64,000 nt of DNA from assembly GCA_958448555.1 (NCBI GenBank), contig CAUDEL010000005.1:18404-82403 (forward strand), given 5' to 3'. The notes below the pieces were generated by a model, which was not told the DNA's origin, ran no database searches, and saw only the letters and a program-made list of their open reading frames with translations. The position numbers were made by a program, and so were the translations under genes. The DNA is from an uncultured Eubacteriales bacterium (GTDB taxonomy: Bacteria; Bacillota; Clostridia; Christensenellales; Aristaeellaceae). This document shows, one piece after another, positions 16,990 to 28,530 of this stretch. Position 1 is the stretch's first letter. Each line of letters opens with the position of its first letter.

Positions 16990-17685
16990 ATGGCGGCGAT
17001 ATGGATCGTGGAGGATGACCCCAAGATCGGGCTGCTGATTGAAATGACTGTGCGAAAGACCGGACACGCCGCCGTGAGGATGCCGGACGCGGTGGCGCTT
17101 GAGCGCGCGCTGAAAAAGCAGGTCCCGCCGGACCTGCTGCTGCTGGATTTGATGCTTCGGGAAAAGAATGGCTTTGCCGTTATGAAGGAATGGAAGGCCC
17201 GGGCCGAAACGCGCAGGATCCCCGTCATCATCATCTCGGCCCGCAGCGCGGAGCACGACAAGGTGATGGGGCTGGAGCTGGGCGCTGAGGACTACATCAC
17301 CAAGCCCTTTGGCGTGCGCGAATTGCAGGCGCGCGTACAGGCCGCGCTGCGCCGCCTGCCCGCCAGCGTGGAAAAGCTGTGCGTGGGCGCGCTGACGCTG
17401 CTGCCCGCCACGCGCGAGGCCTACGTGGACGGGAACCGGGTCGACCTGACACAGAAGGAGTTTGAGCTGCTGTTGTATCTGGCCCGCCACGCGGATTCCA
17501 CCGTGACGCGCGCCATGCTGGTCCGCGACATTTGGGGCTATGCCACCGAGGAGGACAACTCCCGCACGGTGGATACCCATATCAAAACGCTGCGCCTGAA
17601 GTTGGGGGACGCGGCCGGCGAACCCCGCTTTATCCAGACCGTCCGCGGGACAGGCTACCGGCTGATGCGCGGAGAACAGCCATGA
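16990..17685 (+). CDS. OmpR-family response regulator
   Basis: It has a receiver domain (IVEDDP...LLLLDLML) and a winged-helix output domain (LTQKEFELLLYLARH...VRGTGYRL). The RBS is AGGGAGG. Confidence 0.9.
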   Translation: MAAIWIVEDDPKIGLLIEMTVRKTGHAAVRMPDAVALERALKKQVPPDLLLLDLMLREKNGFAVMKEWKARAETRRIPVIIISARSAEHDKVMGLELGAEDYITKPFGVRELQARVQAALRRLPASVEKLCVGALTLLPATREAYVDGNRVDLTQKEFELLLYLARHADSTVTRAMLVRDIWGYATEEDNSRTVDTHIKTLRLKLGDAAGEPRFIQTVRGTGYRLMRGEQP

Positions 17686-19037
17686 AACGCAGCCTGCGCG
17701 GGCTTTACTGGGTGGCCATCGCCTGCATGCTGGTCATGGCCGTGGTGGCCGTGGCGCTGCTGCTGGACTTTCGTGTGAAGGACCGCAGCGAAAGCCTGCG
17801 CGATATTCTGGAGGCCGTTTCGGCGTGGACGCTGGAAAGCCGGGACGACCTGCAAAGCCATGCCAACCATATAGCGTCCGTGTCAGCCCCGGTGCGGGTG
17901 ACCTTTTTAAGCGAGGCGGGAACGGTGATCGCCGACAGCGAGCACGACGCGGCTTCGATGGAAAATCATCTGGACCGACCGGAGGTTGCCGCGGCGCTTC
18001 AGGGCGGGGTGGGCGAGAGCCTGCGCCTGTCCGATACGCAGTCAGCGTTTATGATGTACGCCGCCAAGCGTATCGCCCCTGGCGTGATCCTGCGGCTGGG
18101 CTATCCCGTTGAAATCATCAGCCATACGCTGCTGTTTTACAGCATAGGCGTGGTCGCGCTGGCCATCATCCTCTATATCCTTCAGCGCAGAAGGCTGACG
18201 CGCTTCGCCGTGGCGATGGTGCGCCAGATGGACGACGTGCGGCGGCTTCTGGAGGGCGCGACCACAGATCCCACCGCGGTGTTCCCCGAGCTTCAGCCGG
18301 CGCTGGAGCATATCGCCTATCTGGCAAAGCGTCTCAACAGCGACCTTGCGGAGATCAACCGCACCCTGTCGCTTCGGGACGATTTTGTGGCGAACGCCTC
18401 GCACGAGCTGCGCAGCCCGTTGACCTCCATCATGGGCTTTGCGGAAATGCTGGGCGAGGGACTGGCCGATACGCCCGAGGAGCAGGCGCTGTGCCTTCAG
18501 ACGATTCGCGGGGAATGCGAACGCATGCTGGACGTAGTGGAGGACGTGCTGCTGCTTTCGCGCGCCGAACGGGAGCAGGGGCTGACGCGCGAGCATGTGG
18601 ATGTGGAACGGGTGGTTGAGGAGGTGCGCCGCGCGCTTGCGCCGCAGGCGGCGCAGAAGAGGATATCCATCGTCAGCGAGGGCGCGCTTACCTTATGGGC
18701 CGTGGAAAAGGACCTGTGGGAGATTCTTCATAACCTGATGGGCAACGCCATACGCTACGGCCGCAGGGGCGGTCATGTGAAAATTCTGCTGCGCCAGCGA
18801 TGCATCATCGTGGAGGACGATGGCATCGGCATTGAAAAAAAGCATCTGCCCTATCTGTTCGAGCAGTTCTACCGCGTGGACCAGTCCAGAGACCCGGAGG
18901 TGCGCGGAACGGGACTCGGCCTTTCCATCGTGCGCACACTTGCGGAGCGCAACGGCGCGACCGTCGGGGTGGAAAGCTGTCCGGGCAGGGGCAGCCGCTT
19001 TACGGTCTGCTTTGAGCAGAAGCAGGACGGCGATTGA
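17682..19037 (+). CDS. Sensor histidine kinase (PhoR-like architecture)
   Basis: ATG 17682 overlaps the response regulator stop (ATGA). It has two TM segments, the H-box SHELRSPLTSI, the N-box LMGNAIRY and the G-box GTGLGLSIV. Confidence 0.9.
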   Translation: MKRSLRGLYWVAIACMLVMAVVAVALLLDFRVKDRSESLRDILEAVSAWTLESRDDLQSHANHIASVSAPVRVTFLSEAGTVIADSEHDAASMENHLDRPEVAAALQGGVGESLRLSDTQSAFMMYAAKRIAPGVILRLGYPVEIISHTLLFYSIGVVALAIILYILQRRRLTRFAVAMVRQMDDVRRLLEGATTDPTAVFPELQPALEHIAYLAKRLNSDLAEINRTLSLRDDFVANASHELRSPLTSIMGFAEMLGEGLADTPEEQALCLQTIRGECERMLDVVEDVLLLSRAEREQGLTREHVDVERVVEEVRRALAPQAAQKRISIVSEGALTLWAVEKDLWEILHNLMGNAIRYGRRGGHVKILLRQRCIIVEDDGIGIEKKHLPYLFEQFYRVDQSRDPEVRGTGLGLSIVRTLAERNGATVGVESCPGRGSRFTVCFEQKQDGD

Positions 19038-19087
19038 GGCGCGTTTTGGCGATACGCCTGCAAGAGAAGCGGGCTATGCCGCACTTC

Positions 19088-20146
19088 TCATACCAGCTCC
19101 AGCGACGGCACGGCGTTCAGCTCCAGCGGCGCAAGCTCGCCCTTTTTCAGGCGATAATAGGCCGCCGAACCGATCATGGCGGCGTTGTCGGTGCACAGCC
19201 ACAGCTCCGGCATGCACAGGCGAAAACCCCGTTTGGCCGCGAGCGCCGTCATCTGCGCGCGCAGGCGGCGGTTGGCGCTTACGCCGCCCGCCAGACACAG
19301 CGTGTCAAGCCCACTGTCCTCAAGAGCCAGCATAGCGCGCTCGCACAGCGTATCCACCACCGCGCGCTCGAAGCTGGCGGCCAGGTCGGCGCGGGGCAGG
19401 GCCTCGCCCTTCTGCTCCATCTTGTGGCAGGCGTTGAGAAAGGCGGTCTTGAGGCCGGAAAAGCTGAAATCGTACCGTCCGTCCGGGTGAGGATGCGGCA
19501 GGGAGAGGAAGGTATCGTCCCCGCCCTCGGCCAGCTTGGAAAGCAGCGGCCCGCCCGGGTAGTTGAGCCCAAGCACCCGCGCGGCCTTGTCGAAGGCCTC
19601 GCCCGCGGCGTCATCCACCGTCTGGCCAAGCAGGGTGTAGTCGCCATAGGCGTTCACGCGCGTCAGGTGGCTGTGGCCGCCGCTGACCACCAGGCACACA
19701 AACGGCGGCTCCAGGTCCGGGGTGGTCAGGAAATTGGCGCTGACATGCCCTTCGATGTGGTTGACGGGGATGAGCGGTAGACGTGTGGTATAGCTCAAAC
19801 CCTTCATGCAGTTGACGCCGGTGAGCAGCGCGCCCACCAGCCCCGGCCCGTAGGTGACGGCCAGCGCGTCCACGTCCGACAGGGCCATGCCCGCCTCCCT
19901 GAGCGCCTGGTCGATCACACGGTCGCAGGCGTCCATGTGGGCGCGGCTGGCGATCTCCGGCACCACGCCGCCGTAGAGCGCGTGGGTGTCCACCTGGGAG
20001 AAGATGACGCTGCTGAGGATCTTCCGCCCGTTTTCCACGATGGCCGCCGCGGTTTCGTCGCAGCTGGACTCCATGGCCAAAATGCGAATGGAAGCCTTGC
20101 TCTGCAAGGCTTCCAGTTTTTCATTCATCTCACGTTGCGTCTGCAC
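19088..20146 (-). CDS. tsaD: tRNA N6-adenosine threonylcarbamoyltransferase
   Basis: It contains ILAMESSCDETAAAIV, GVVPEIASRAHM and the HIEGH motif. GTG 20146 lies 9 nt after AAGGAGG, and ATG 20128 is an alternative. The upstream part of the 485-aa ORF is an artefact. Confidence 0.9.
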   Translation of the reverse strand: MQTQREMNEKLEALQSKASIRILAMESSCDETAAAIVENGRKILSSVIFSQVDTHALYGGVVPEIASRAHMDACDRVIDQALREAGMALSDVDALAVTYGPGLVGALLTGVNCMKGLSYTTRLPLIPVNHIEGHVSANFLTTPDLEPPFVCLVVSGGHSHLTRVNAYGDYTLLGQTVDDAAGEAFDKAARVLGLNYPGGPLLSKLAEGGDDTFLSLPHPHPDGRYDFSFSGLKTAFLNACHKMEQKGEALPRADLAASFERAVVDTLCERAMLALEDSGLDTLCLAGGVSANRRLRAQMTALAAKRGFRLCMPELWLCTDNAAMIGSAAYYRLKKGELAPLELNAVPSLELV

Positions 20147-20160
20147 GGAAAAGGGCCTCC

Positions 20161-20907
20161 TTAGCGGTTTGAGCCGCCGGCGGACTCGGCGCGCGACTGG
20201 GCGATGCGCAGGCCGACGGGGGAGAGAATCAGGGGAAGGACCATCACCGCGGCGAGCATCAAAACCAGCAGGATCAGCACCGGCGGCAGATAGGCTGAAA
20301 AGAGCGACTCCGGGAAAAGCAGCATCACCAGCTCGTCCGCGGGAAAGATGCCGTCGGGGATGAGCGTGCGGTGCAGCGTCTCCCACAGGCCCGTGAAATC
20401 CAAAGCGGCCCACAGCCCGATTCCCGCGATGAGCAGCAGCGGCACGATTGTTCCCGCATAATACCCCCGCGCGGAGAAGCCGCCCCGCCGGCCCGAGCCG
20501 GCCAGCACCCATGCCAGCAGCGCAATTACAACCGCCGCGCCGCACAGGAATACCGCCGTGGCGGCGCTCACCCAGCCCTTGACCGTGGCCATGTGGTCGC
20601 GGAAGCTCTGGGGAATGAAGCGGCTGGCCGGGAAGCCCGCCACGGTGATGCGCGGCTCCCAGCTGTCCTGGGCGTCGGTCAGAAAGAGGATGGTTTCCCC
20701 GGCAAAACTGCGCACGCTGTCCTCGTCGATCGCGAGGGCGGCGTAATCCACGTTTTCCAGCAGCGCCTTTTCAAAGAGCTGGCGGTCCACGGCGTTGAAA
20801 TATACGGAAGCAGCCGCAGCCAGAAGCACCAGAAGAAACGAGGCGATGAAGCAGCGAACGAACGCCCCGCGCCGCCGAGGCGGCGCCGGGTCCCGGGTAT
20901 ATGGCAT
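20161..20907 (-). CDS. TIGR01906/DUF1461-family integral membrane protein (Lit-like)
   Basis: It has an N-terminal TM segment and C-terminal TM segments. The motifs FRDHMATVKGW and LFPESLF resemble DUF1461 (from memory). The RBS is GGGAGG. Confidence 0.5.
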   Translation of the reverse strand: MPYTRDPAPPRRRGAFVRCFIASFLLVLLAAAASVYFNAVDRQLFEKALLENVDYAALAIDEDSVRSFAGETILFLTDAQDSWEPRITVAGFPASRFIPQSFRDHMATVKGWVSAATAVFLCGAAVVIALLAWVLAGSGRRGGFSARGYYAGTIVPLLLIAGIGLWAALDFTGLWETLHRTLIPDGIFPADELVMLLFPESLFSAYLPPVLILLVLMLAAVMVLPLILSPVGLRIAQSRAESAGGSNR

Positions 20908-20923
20908 TGGTTTACCTCCCTGC

Positions 20924-22021
20924 TTACTGCATTTTCAGGTAGGCGGTGATGAAGCCGTCGAGGTTGCCGTCCATCACGTCGTCCACGTTGCCGCTCTCAA
21001 AGCCGGTGCGGTGGTCCTTGACCATGGTGTAGGGCTGGAACACATAGGAGCGGATCTGGCTGCCCCATTCGATCTTCTTCATCTCGCCCTTGATGTCGGC
21101 CATCTGCTCCTCCTTCTCGCGCTCGCGAAGCTCAAGCAGGCGGCTCTTGAGGATGCGCAGGCAGACCTCGCGGTTTTGCACCTGGCTGCGCTCGTTCTGG
21201 CACTGGGCCACGATGCCCGTGGGAATGTGCGTCATGCGCACGGCGCTGTCGGTGCGGTTGACGTGCTGGCCGCCCGCGCCGCCCGCGCGATAGGTGTCGA
21301 TGCGCACTTCCTCCATGTTGATTTCAAAGTCCTGGTCATCCTCCAGAATGGGGGACACGTCCAGGGAGCTGAAAGAAGTGTGACGGCGCGCGTTTGCGTC
21401 GAAGGGGGAGATGCGCACCAGCCGGTGCACGCCCTTCTCGCTGCGCAGAAAGCCGTAGGCGTTTTCGCCGTCCACCTGGAAGGTCACGCTCTTGATGCCC
21501 GCCTCGTCGCCGTCCAAAAGGTCGTTGACCGTCACCTTGAAGCCGTGGCGCTCGCAGTAGCGGGTGTACATGCGGTAGAGCATCTGCGTCCAGTCCTGCG
21601 CCTCGGTGCCGCCGGCGCCTGCGTGCAGGGACAGCACGGCGTTGCAGCCGTCATAGTCGCCGCGCATGAGCGTCTCCAGCTCCAGCGCGTCCGCGTCCTT
21701 GGCAAGGCTCTCCAGCTCCTGCTCGCACTCGGCGGCGATGCCCTCGTCCTCGTCCTCCGCCAGCAGCTCCAGCATGGCCTCCACGTCGTCGGCGCGTGTC
21801 TCCAGGCGCCTGACGTGATCCAGCTTTCCCTCGATCTGGCTCACCCTGCGGTTGACGGCGGTGGAGCGCTCGAGGTTGTTCCAGAACTCCGGGGCGTTCA
21901 TTTCCTCTTTCAATTCCGCCAGCTCCTCGCGCAAAAGGGGGAGCTTAAGCGCGTCGGCCGCCTTGGAAACGGTGCCGCGCAGGCGGGTAAGGTCCTGTTT
22001 CATCTGTTCCTGATCGATCAT
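20924..22021 (-). CDS. prfB: Peptide chain release factor 2, encoded in one uninterrupted frame
   Basis: It contains the SPF motif (RISPFDA), GGQHVNRTDSAVRMTHIPTGIV and QNERSQVQNR. It is 365 aa from an AGGAGAGG-preceded ATG. Confidence 0.93.
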   Translation of the reverse strand: MIDQEQMKQDLTRLRGTVSKAADALKLPLLREELAELKEEMNAPEFWNNLERSTAVNRRVSQIEGKLDHVRRLETRADDVEAMLELLAEDEDEGIAAECEQELESLAKDADALELETLMRGDYDGCNAVLSLHAGAGGTEAQDWTQMLYRMYTRYCERHGFKVTVNDLLDGDEAGIKSVTFQVDGENAYGFLRSEKGVHRLVRISPFDANARRHTSFSSLDVSPILEDDQDFEINMEEVRIDTYRAGGAGGQHVNRTDSAVRMTHIPTGIVAQCQNERSQVQNREVCLRILKSRLLELREREKEEQMADIKGEMKKIEWGSQIRSYVFQPYTMVKDHRTGFESGNVDDVMDGNLDGFITAYLKMQ

Positions 22022-22064
22022 AGAATCCTCTCCTGATTTCTTTCTCTCCGGTATGACAGAGGCG

Positions 22065-22835
22065 CTAAAGAGCCTGACGGCCTTCGGTCAGCAGGCCGTC
22101 AGGAGACGATACGCAGCGGGGCACCTCCAGCAGCCCGATATCCTCCAGAATGGCCAGATAGATTCGTTCTTCCTCAGAGATGTTGCCGTTTTCGTCCACA
22201 TAGCCCGACCGGGTCAGGCCGTCATAGAACAGATCAAAGGCCGTGTCCCGGGACCTGCCGGACGCATCCCAGGGCGGCAGCGGCCCTACCCGCGCCTTCG
22301 CGCAGGTCCCGTCCCACCGCGTAAGGACGAGGTCAACGGCGCCATCCTGCCGGCGCACCTCCCGCCACAGATCCATCCCCGCCGTTCCCAGGGGACACAT
22401 GAGCGAAAACTCGTACTCGCCATCATATTCTTCCCATTGGTTAAAGCGGTGATCCACCGGCAGAAAGTCGAAGAGAAGCACGCTGTTCCCCGCGGAAAGC
22501 GCCAGAGAGGAAAGGTCCGCCGGCGCGTCCAGGACACCCTTGAGCATTGCGCAGGGAACGGGGGTGAGGTCCGTATCCGCCAGGGCAAAGTCCAGCGTGA
22601 ACATACCGGCTGTTCCGTCGTCAAAGGTCAATGCGCAGCCGTCGTATTCGTCAAACCTGGTCTGGTAAATCCACAAGCAGCCTTCCGACCGCTCAAACGA
22701 AGTCACATAGCCCGCATCCGTTTCGTCGCTGCGCACATAGGCTTCCAGCCTGGCCGCGTCAAAGGATATCCCCTTCGCCAGCGCGGTTGTGCCAAGCAGC
22801 AGAGCCAGCATCCCAAGTCCGATCAGCCGCTTCAT
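22065..22835 (-). CDS. Secreted or lipoprotein-like protein of unknown function (paralog of 22845-23783)
   Basis: ATG 22835 (MKRLIGLGMLALLLGTTALA) follows AGGGGG. It shares blocks with the neighbouring gene (YDGEYEFSLMCPLGTAG versus DDGYDFDLILPLGNPG, and FYDGLTRSGYVDENG versus FYEGLVRSRFLDEDG). Confidence 0.6.
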   Translation of the reverse strand: MKRLIGLGMLALLLGTTALAKGISFDAARLEAYVRSDETDAGYVTSFERSEGCLWIYQTRFDEYDGCALTFDDGTAGMFTLDFALADTDLTPVPCAMLKGVLDAPADLSSLALSAGNSVLLFDFLPVDHRFNQWEEYDGEYEFSLMCPLGTAGMDLWREVRRQDGAVDLVLTRWDGTCAKARVGPLPPWDASGRSRDTAFDLFYDGLTRSGYVDENGNISEEERIYLAILEDIGLLEVPRCVSSPDGLLTEGRQAL

Positions 22836-22844
22836 GGGCACCCC

Positions 22845-23783
22845 CTATTTGACGTCCCAGCGCCAGAAGTCCAGGTCGCGGTCCGAAACGGTTTCCACGG
22901 TTCCGTCGTCGTAACGCACCTCGCGGATGGCCGTGAAGATCACGCGCGCGTCCGCCCCATAGCCCTCAAGGCTATATTTGGAAAGCATTTTTTTCTTTCC
23001 CGCGCGGATGGATTCCTCAATCGTCATCTCGTTGTACACCTCTCCGGTCAGCTCGCTGGCAATGGCGTTGCCGCTTTTGTCCGTGCAGTAATACGAGAAG
23101 GTGACGGATTGGATCGCCCGCTGCTTATCCGTGTTTTTCAGCTCCATGCGGATCCAGGGCACCGTTTTGACGCGGCCCCAATCCCCCGACAAAGTGCTTT
23201 CCAGATGCAGCCGCGGCGCCCAGAGGACATCTTCCAAAGGCTTGACGCTCTTGCCGGGCTTGGGAATACCGGACGCTCCGTCGGGAAGCCAGACCTTTTC
23301 TGCGCTGGGATAGACCGCGATGGCTGGCATGAGGCTGTCACCGTCCAGCGAGGACACCAGGGTGGCGATGCTCTCCTGCACCCGCCCGTCCTCGTCCAGG
23401 AAGCGGGAGCGCACAAGTCCCTCGTAGAACACCGCATAGCCGCCGTCCACCTCCGTCAAGGGAGGCTGCTCAATGGCGAAGCACAGCTTCTTGGCGTCGT
23501 AGAGGCGCAGGGAGAAGGCGAAGTCCGCGTCATGCAGATCCCTGAGAAGCGCGATTCCCGGATTGCCCAGAGGTAGAATCAGATCAAAATCATAGCCGTC
23601 ATCGCCGTCCGGCTCCAGAAGGAAACCGTCCGTCATGCGCTTTACATCCAGCCAGTATACGCGATCACCGATCAGCAGCTGCAGGAGCTTGACCGAGAAT
23701 TTCTGGTCACACCAGCCATCCAGGTAAAGGAAGGGAATACCGAAATCGCTTTTGCTTCCGCTGATAAGGAAAGACAGGTCCAC
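22845..23783 (-). CDS. Unknown-function protein. It is either the 3' part of a gene interrupted by TAG or an independently started GTG gene.
   Basis: The GTG start codon directly abuts, in frame, the TAG stop of the 83-aa ORF upstream. The protein has no signal peptide of its own. It is a paralog of 22065-22835. Confidence 0.5.
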   Translation of the reverse strand: MDLSFLISGSKSDFGIPFLYLDGWCDQKFSVKLLQLLIGDRVYWLDVKRMTDGFLLEPDGDDGYDFDLILPLGNPGIALLRDLHDADFAFSLRLYDAKKLCFAIEQPPLTEVDGGYAVFYEGLVRSRFLDEDGRVQESIATLVSSLDGDSLMPAIAVYPSAEKVWLPDGASGIPKPGKSVKPLEDVLWAPRLHLESTLSGDWGRVKTVPWIRMELKNTDKQRAIQSVTFSYYCTDKSGNAIASELTGEVYNEMTIEESIRAGKKKMLSKYSLEGYGADARVIFTAIREVRYDDGTVETVSDRDLDFWRWDVK

Positions 23784-24035
23784 CTAGCCCCCCAGCGTTT
23801 CGCTGGAGAAGTCGTATTGCATGGAGCCGTCATAGGTCAGGTACTGCCAGTCTTCAAAGGTTTCCGTTTCTCCTGAGGAAAAGAGGGTCAGATCGTAGGC
23901 GGGTGTATCCTCGGCCATGCAGTACGCGTAGAGCAGTTCCACGTCAAAGCGGTCGTCAAACGGTTCGGCTGTCGCCGGTGCGGCAAACTGCGTCAGCAAC
24001 AGCACCACAAGCAACAAATACCCCCATTTTCTCAT
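23784..24035 (-). CDS. Signal-peptide-bearing 83-aa fragment or small secreted protein
   Basis: AAGGAGGG lies 8 nt upstream of the ATG. The signal peptide is MRKWGYLLLVVLLLTQFAAPATA. It ends at TAG 23784-23786, in frame with the following ORF. Confidence 0.5.
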   Translation of the reverse strand: MRKWGYLLLVVLLLTQFAAPATAEPFDDRFDVELLYAYCMAEDTPAYDLTLFSSGETETFEDWQYLTYDGSMQYDFSSETLGG

Positions 24036-24092
24036 TCTTTGCTCCCTCCTTGGCAGATCGTTCCTCCCATTCCTGCATCTGCGGATGCCGTG

Positions 24093-26819
<2,727 letters not shown>

Positions 26820-26984
26820 TCCCAAAGCGGTAAATCTCCTTATATGTGGCGATGACGCGCCGGGCGCATCATAACTCATCTTATATTATAGCATGGTTGC
26901 CGGGGATGACGCAAGCGCGCAGCTTCCCTGCCCGCTGGCGTATTTTGCGCGCGTCTGGTATACTGAAAAAAAGGAGGCGGTTTG

Positions 26985-27845
26985 ATGCAGACGGTGCTTT
27001 TGACCGGCGCGGGAGGCTTTCTGGGTTCGCGGCTGGCGCGGCAACTCCAGGGGCGGTGGGAGGTTAAGGCGTTTCCGCGCGGCATGCTGGAGCGGGCGCA
27101 GGAGGCGCAGGTGCGGGAATTCGTGATGCAGGAGGAGCCGGACGTGATCGTCCATATGGCGGCCATCTCGGACACGGGCGCCTGCGAGCGCGATCCCGAG
27201 GGCTCCTGGCGCGCCAACGTGCTGCTGAGCGAGTGGATCTGCCGCGCGGCGAAGGCTGTAGGGGCGAGGGCCGTGCTGCTCAGCTCCGATCAGGTCTACA
27301 ACGGCAGCGGCGCGGAAGGCCCCTTTTCCGAGGACGCGCCCCTGGCGCCGGTCAACGTCTACGGCCGCCACAAGCTGGAGGCCGAGCGCCGCGCGCTGGA
27401 TATTTTGCCCTCGGCGGTGCTGCTGCGCGCCTCCTGGATGTATGACCTGCCGGGCCGGGGGCTGCCCATCCGCGACAACTTTCTCATGCGCCTGATCCGC
27501 TGTGCCATGGAGGACCGGCCCGTGCGCTTCTCCACGCATGACTGGCGGGGCGTGACCTACGCGCGGCAGGCGGCCGGGATGCTCGAGCGCGCCTTTGACC
27601 TGCCCGGGGGCGTGTATAACTTCGGAAGCGACGGGCCGCTGGACATGTACGCCACCGCGCAGGGCGCGATGGCGCTGCTGGGGCTTTCGGAGCGCGCCGG
27701 GCGCCTGCTCATCCCCGACGCCGCCCAGCCGCCGCGGTGCCTGCGCATGGACGGCGCGAAGGCGTCTCGCCTGGGCGTCCGCTTTTCAGATAACCTCGAA
27801 GGCGTGCGCCTGTGCCTGGACGAATACGGTCTGACCGCTTTATGA
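26985..27845 (+). CDS. RmlD-like NAD(P)-dependent reductase (dTDP-4-dehydrorhamnose reductase family), stand-alone
   Basis: It contains LLTGAGGFLGSRL, SSDQVYNG and NVYGRHKLEAE. ATG lies 7 nt after AAGGAGG. No rmlABC genes are nearby. Confidence 0.6.
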   Translation: MQTVLLTGAGGFLGSRLARQLQGRWEVKAFPRGMLERAQEAQVREFVMQEEPDVIVHMAAISDTGACERDPEGSWRANVLLSEWICRAAKAVGARAVLLSSDQVYNGSGAEGPFSEDAPLAPVNVYGRHKLEAERRALDILPSAVLLRASWMYDLPGRGLPIRDNFLMRLIRCAMEDRPVRFSTHDWRGVTYARQAAGMLERAFDLPGGVYNFGSDGPLDMYATAQGAMALLGLSERAGRLLIPDAAQPPRCLRMDGAKASRLGVRFSDNLEGVRLCLDEYGLTAL

Positions 27846-28439
27846 GTGCCGCTCAAGTCGCCCGATGAGCAGGGAGGACAGCGTCACCGTGACCAGCGAG
27901 CATGCGATTTTGACCGGGGGAATGTAGCTCAGGGAGAGCAGGAGCACCGTCAGGTCCGTGAGAAGGTAGGCACGGGCGAGCCGGATATGCAAAAGGCGGG
28001 AGAGGACCAGCGCCAGCGCGTCGTCGCCGCCCGCCGCGCCGCCAGCCCGTACCACCAGCCCCACGCCAACGCCCACAAACAGGCCGCCTGCGATGGCCGC
28101 GGCCAGAGGCCAGTCCCCGAGGCTGGGTAGGAGGGGCCCCATGCGCTCGTTGAGCGCATAAAAGAGGGCGTAGCACCCCGTCGCCGCCAGCGCGCGGGGC
28201 AGAAAGCCCCTGCCCAGATACCGCACGCCAAGCGCGTAGCAGATCACGTCCAGCACGATTTCCGACACGGCGGGCGACACGCCCAGCCAGTGCTCCAGAA
28301 GGAGCGTCATGCCCAGCACGCCGCCCTCGGTGATGCGGCTCTGGCTGTGCACGTTGTACAGGCCAAAGGCCAGTATGGCCGCGCCCAGGACCAGCATGGC
28401 CCAGCGCGCCGCCTCCCGGCGGGTCTTCATACGATCCAT
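27840..28439 (-). CDS. YczE/YyaS/YitT-family membrane protein
   Basis: The 199-aa protein has about 5 TM segments. The N-terminal pattern LGAAILAFGLYNVHSQSRITEGGVLGMTLLL resembles YitT-type proteins. Confidence 0.5.
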   Translation of the reverse strand: MDRMKTRREAARWAMLVLGAAILAFGLYNVHSQSRITEGGVLGMTLLLEHWLGVSPAVSEIVLDVICYALGVRYLGRGFLPRALAATGCYALFYALNERMGPLLPSLGDWPLAAAIAGGLFVGVGVGLVVRAGGAAGGDDALALVLSRLLHIRLARAYLLTDLTVLLLSLSYIPPVKIACSLVTVTLSSLLIGRLERHS

Positions 28440-28463
28440 CCTTTCCCAAAGTGCCTGATGCGG

Positions 28464-28492
28464 TTGACATAAAGCATCATAAGGGATATAGT
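28464..28492 (+). promoter_or_regulatory. Sigma-A-type promoter for the MerR-family gene
   Basis: TTGACA, a 17-nt spacer, then TATAGT. The promoter is bracketed by the perfect 8-bp dyad GGTTGACA (28462-28469) and TGTCAACC (28501-28508). Confidence 0.5.
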
Positions 28493-28530
28493 AACCATAT
28501 TGTCAACCCCCTGCGACAAGGAGGCCGCTT

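Noticed and set aside
13003-17580. Several long minus-strand ORFs (13003-14538, 14334-15608, 15367-17580)
   Set aside because: All are antisense to plus-strand genes with signal peptides, domains or coupled starts. Their arginine/glycine-rich products have no motifs.
21900-22021. Expected programmed +1 frameshift (CTT TGA C) near the start of prfB
   Set aside because: The 365-aa frame is continuous from an RBS-preceded ATG and aligns with RF2 from its N-terminus. No in-frame TGA or split ORF is present, so this prfB lacks the autoregulatory frameshift.
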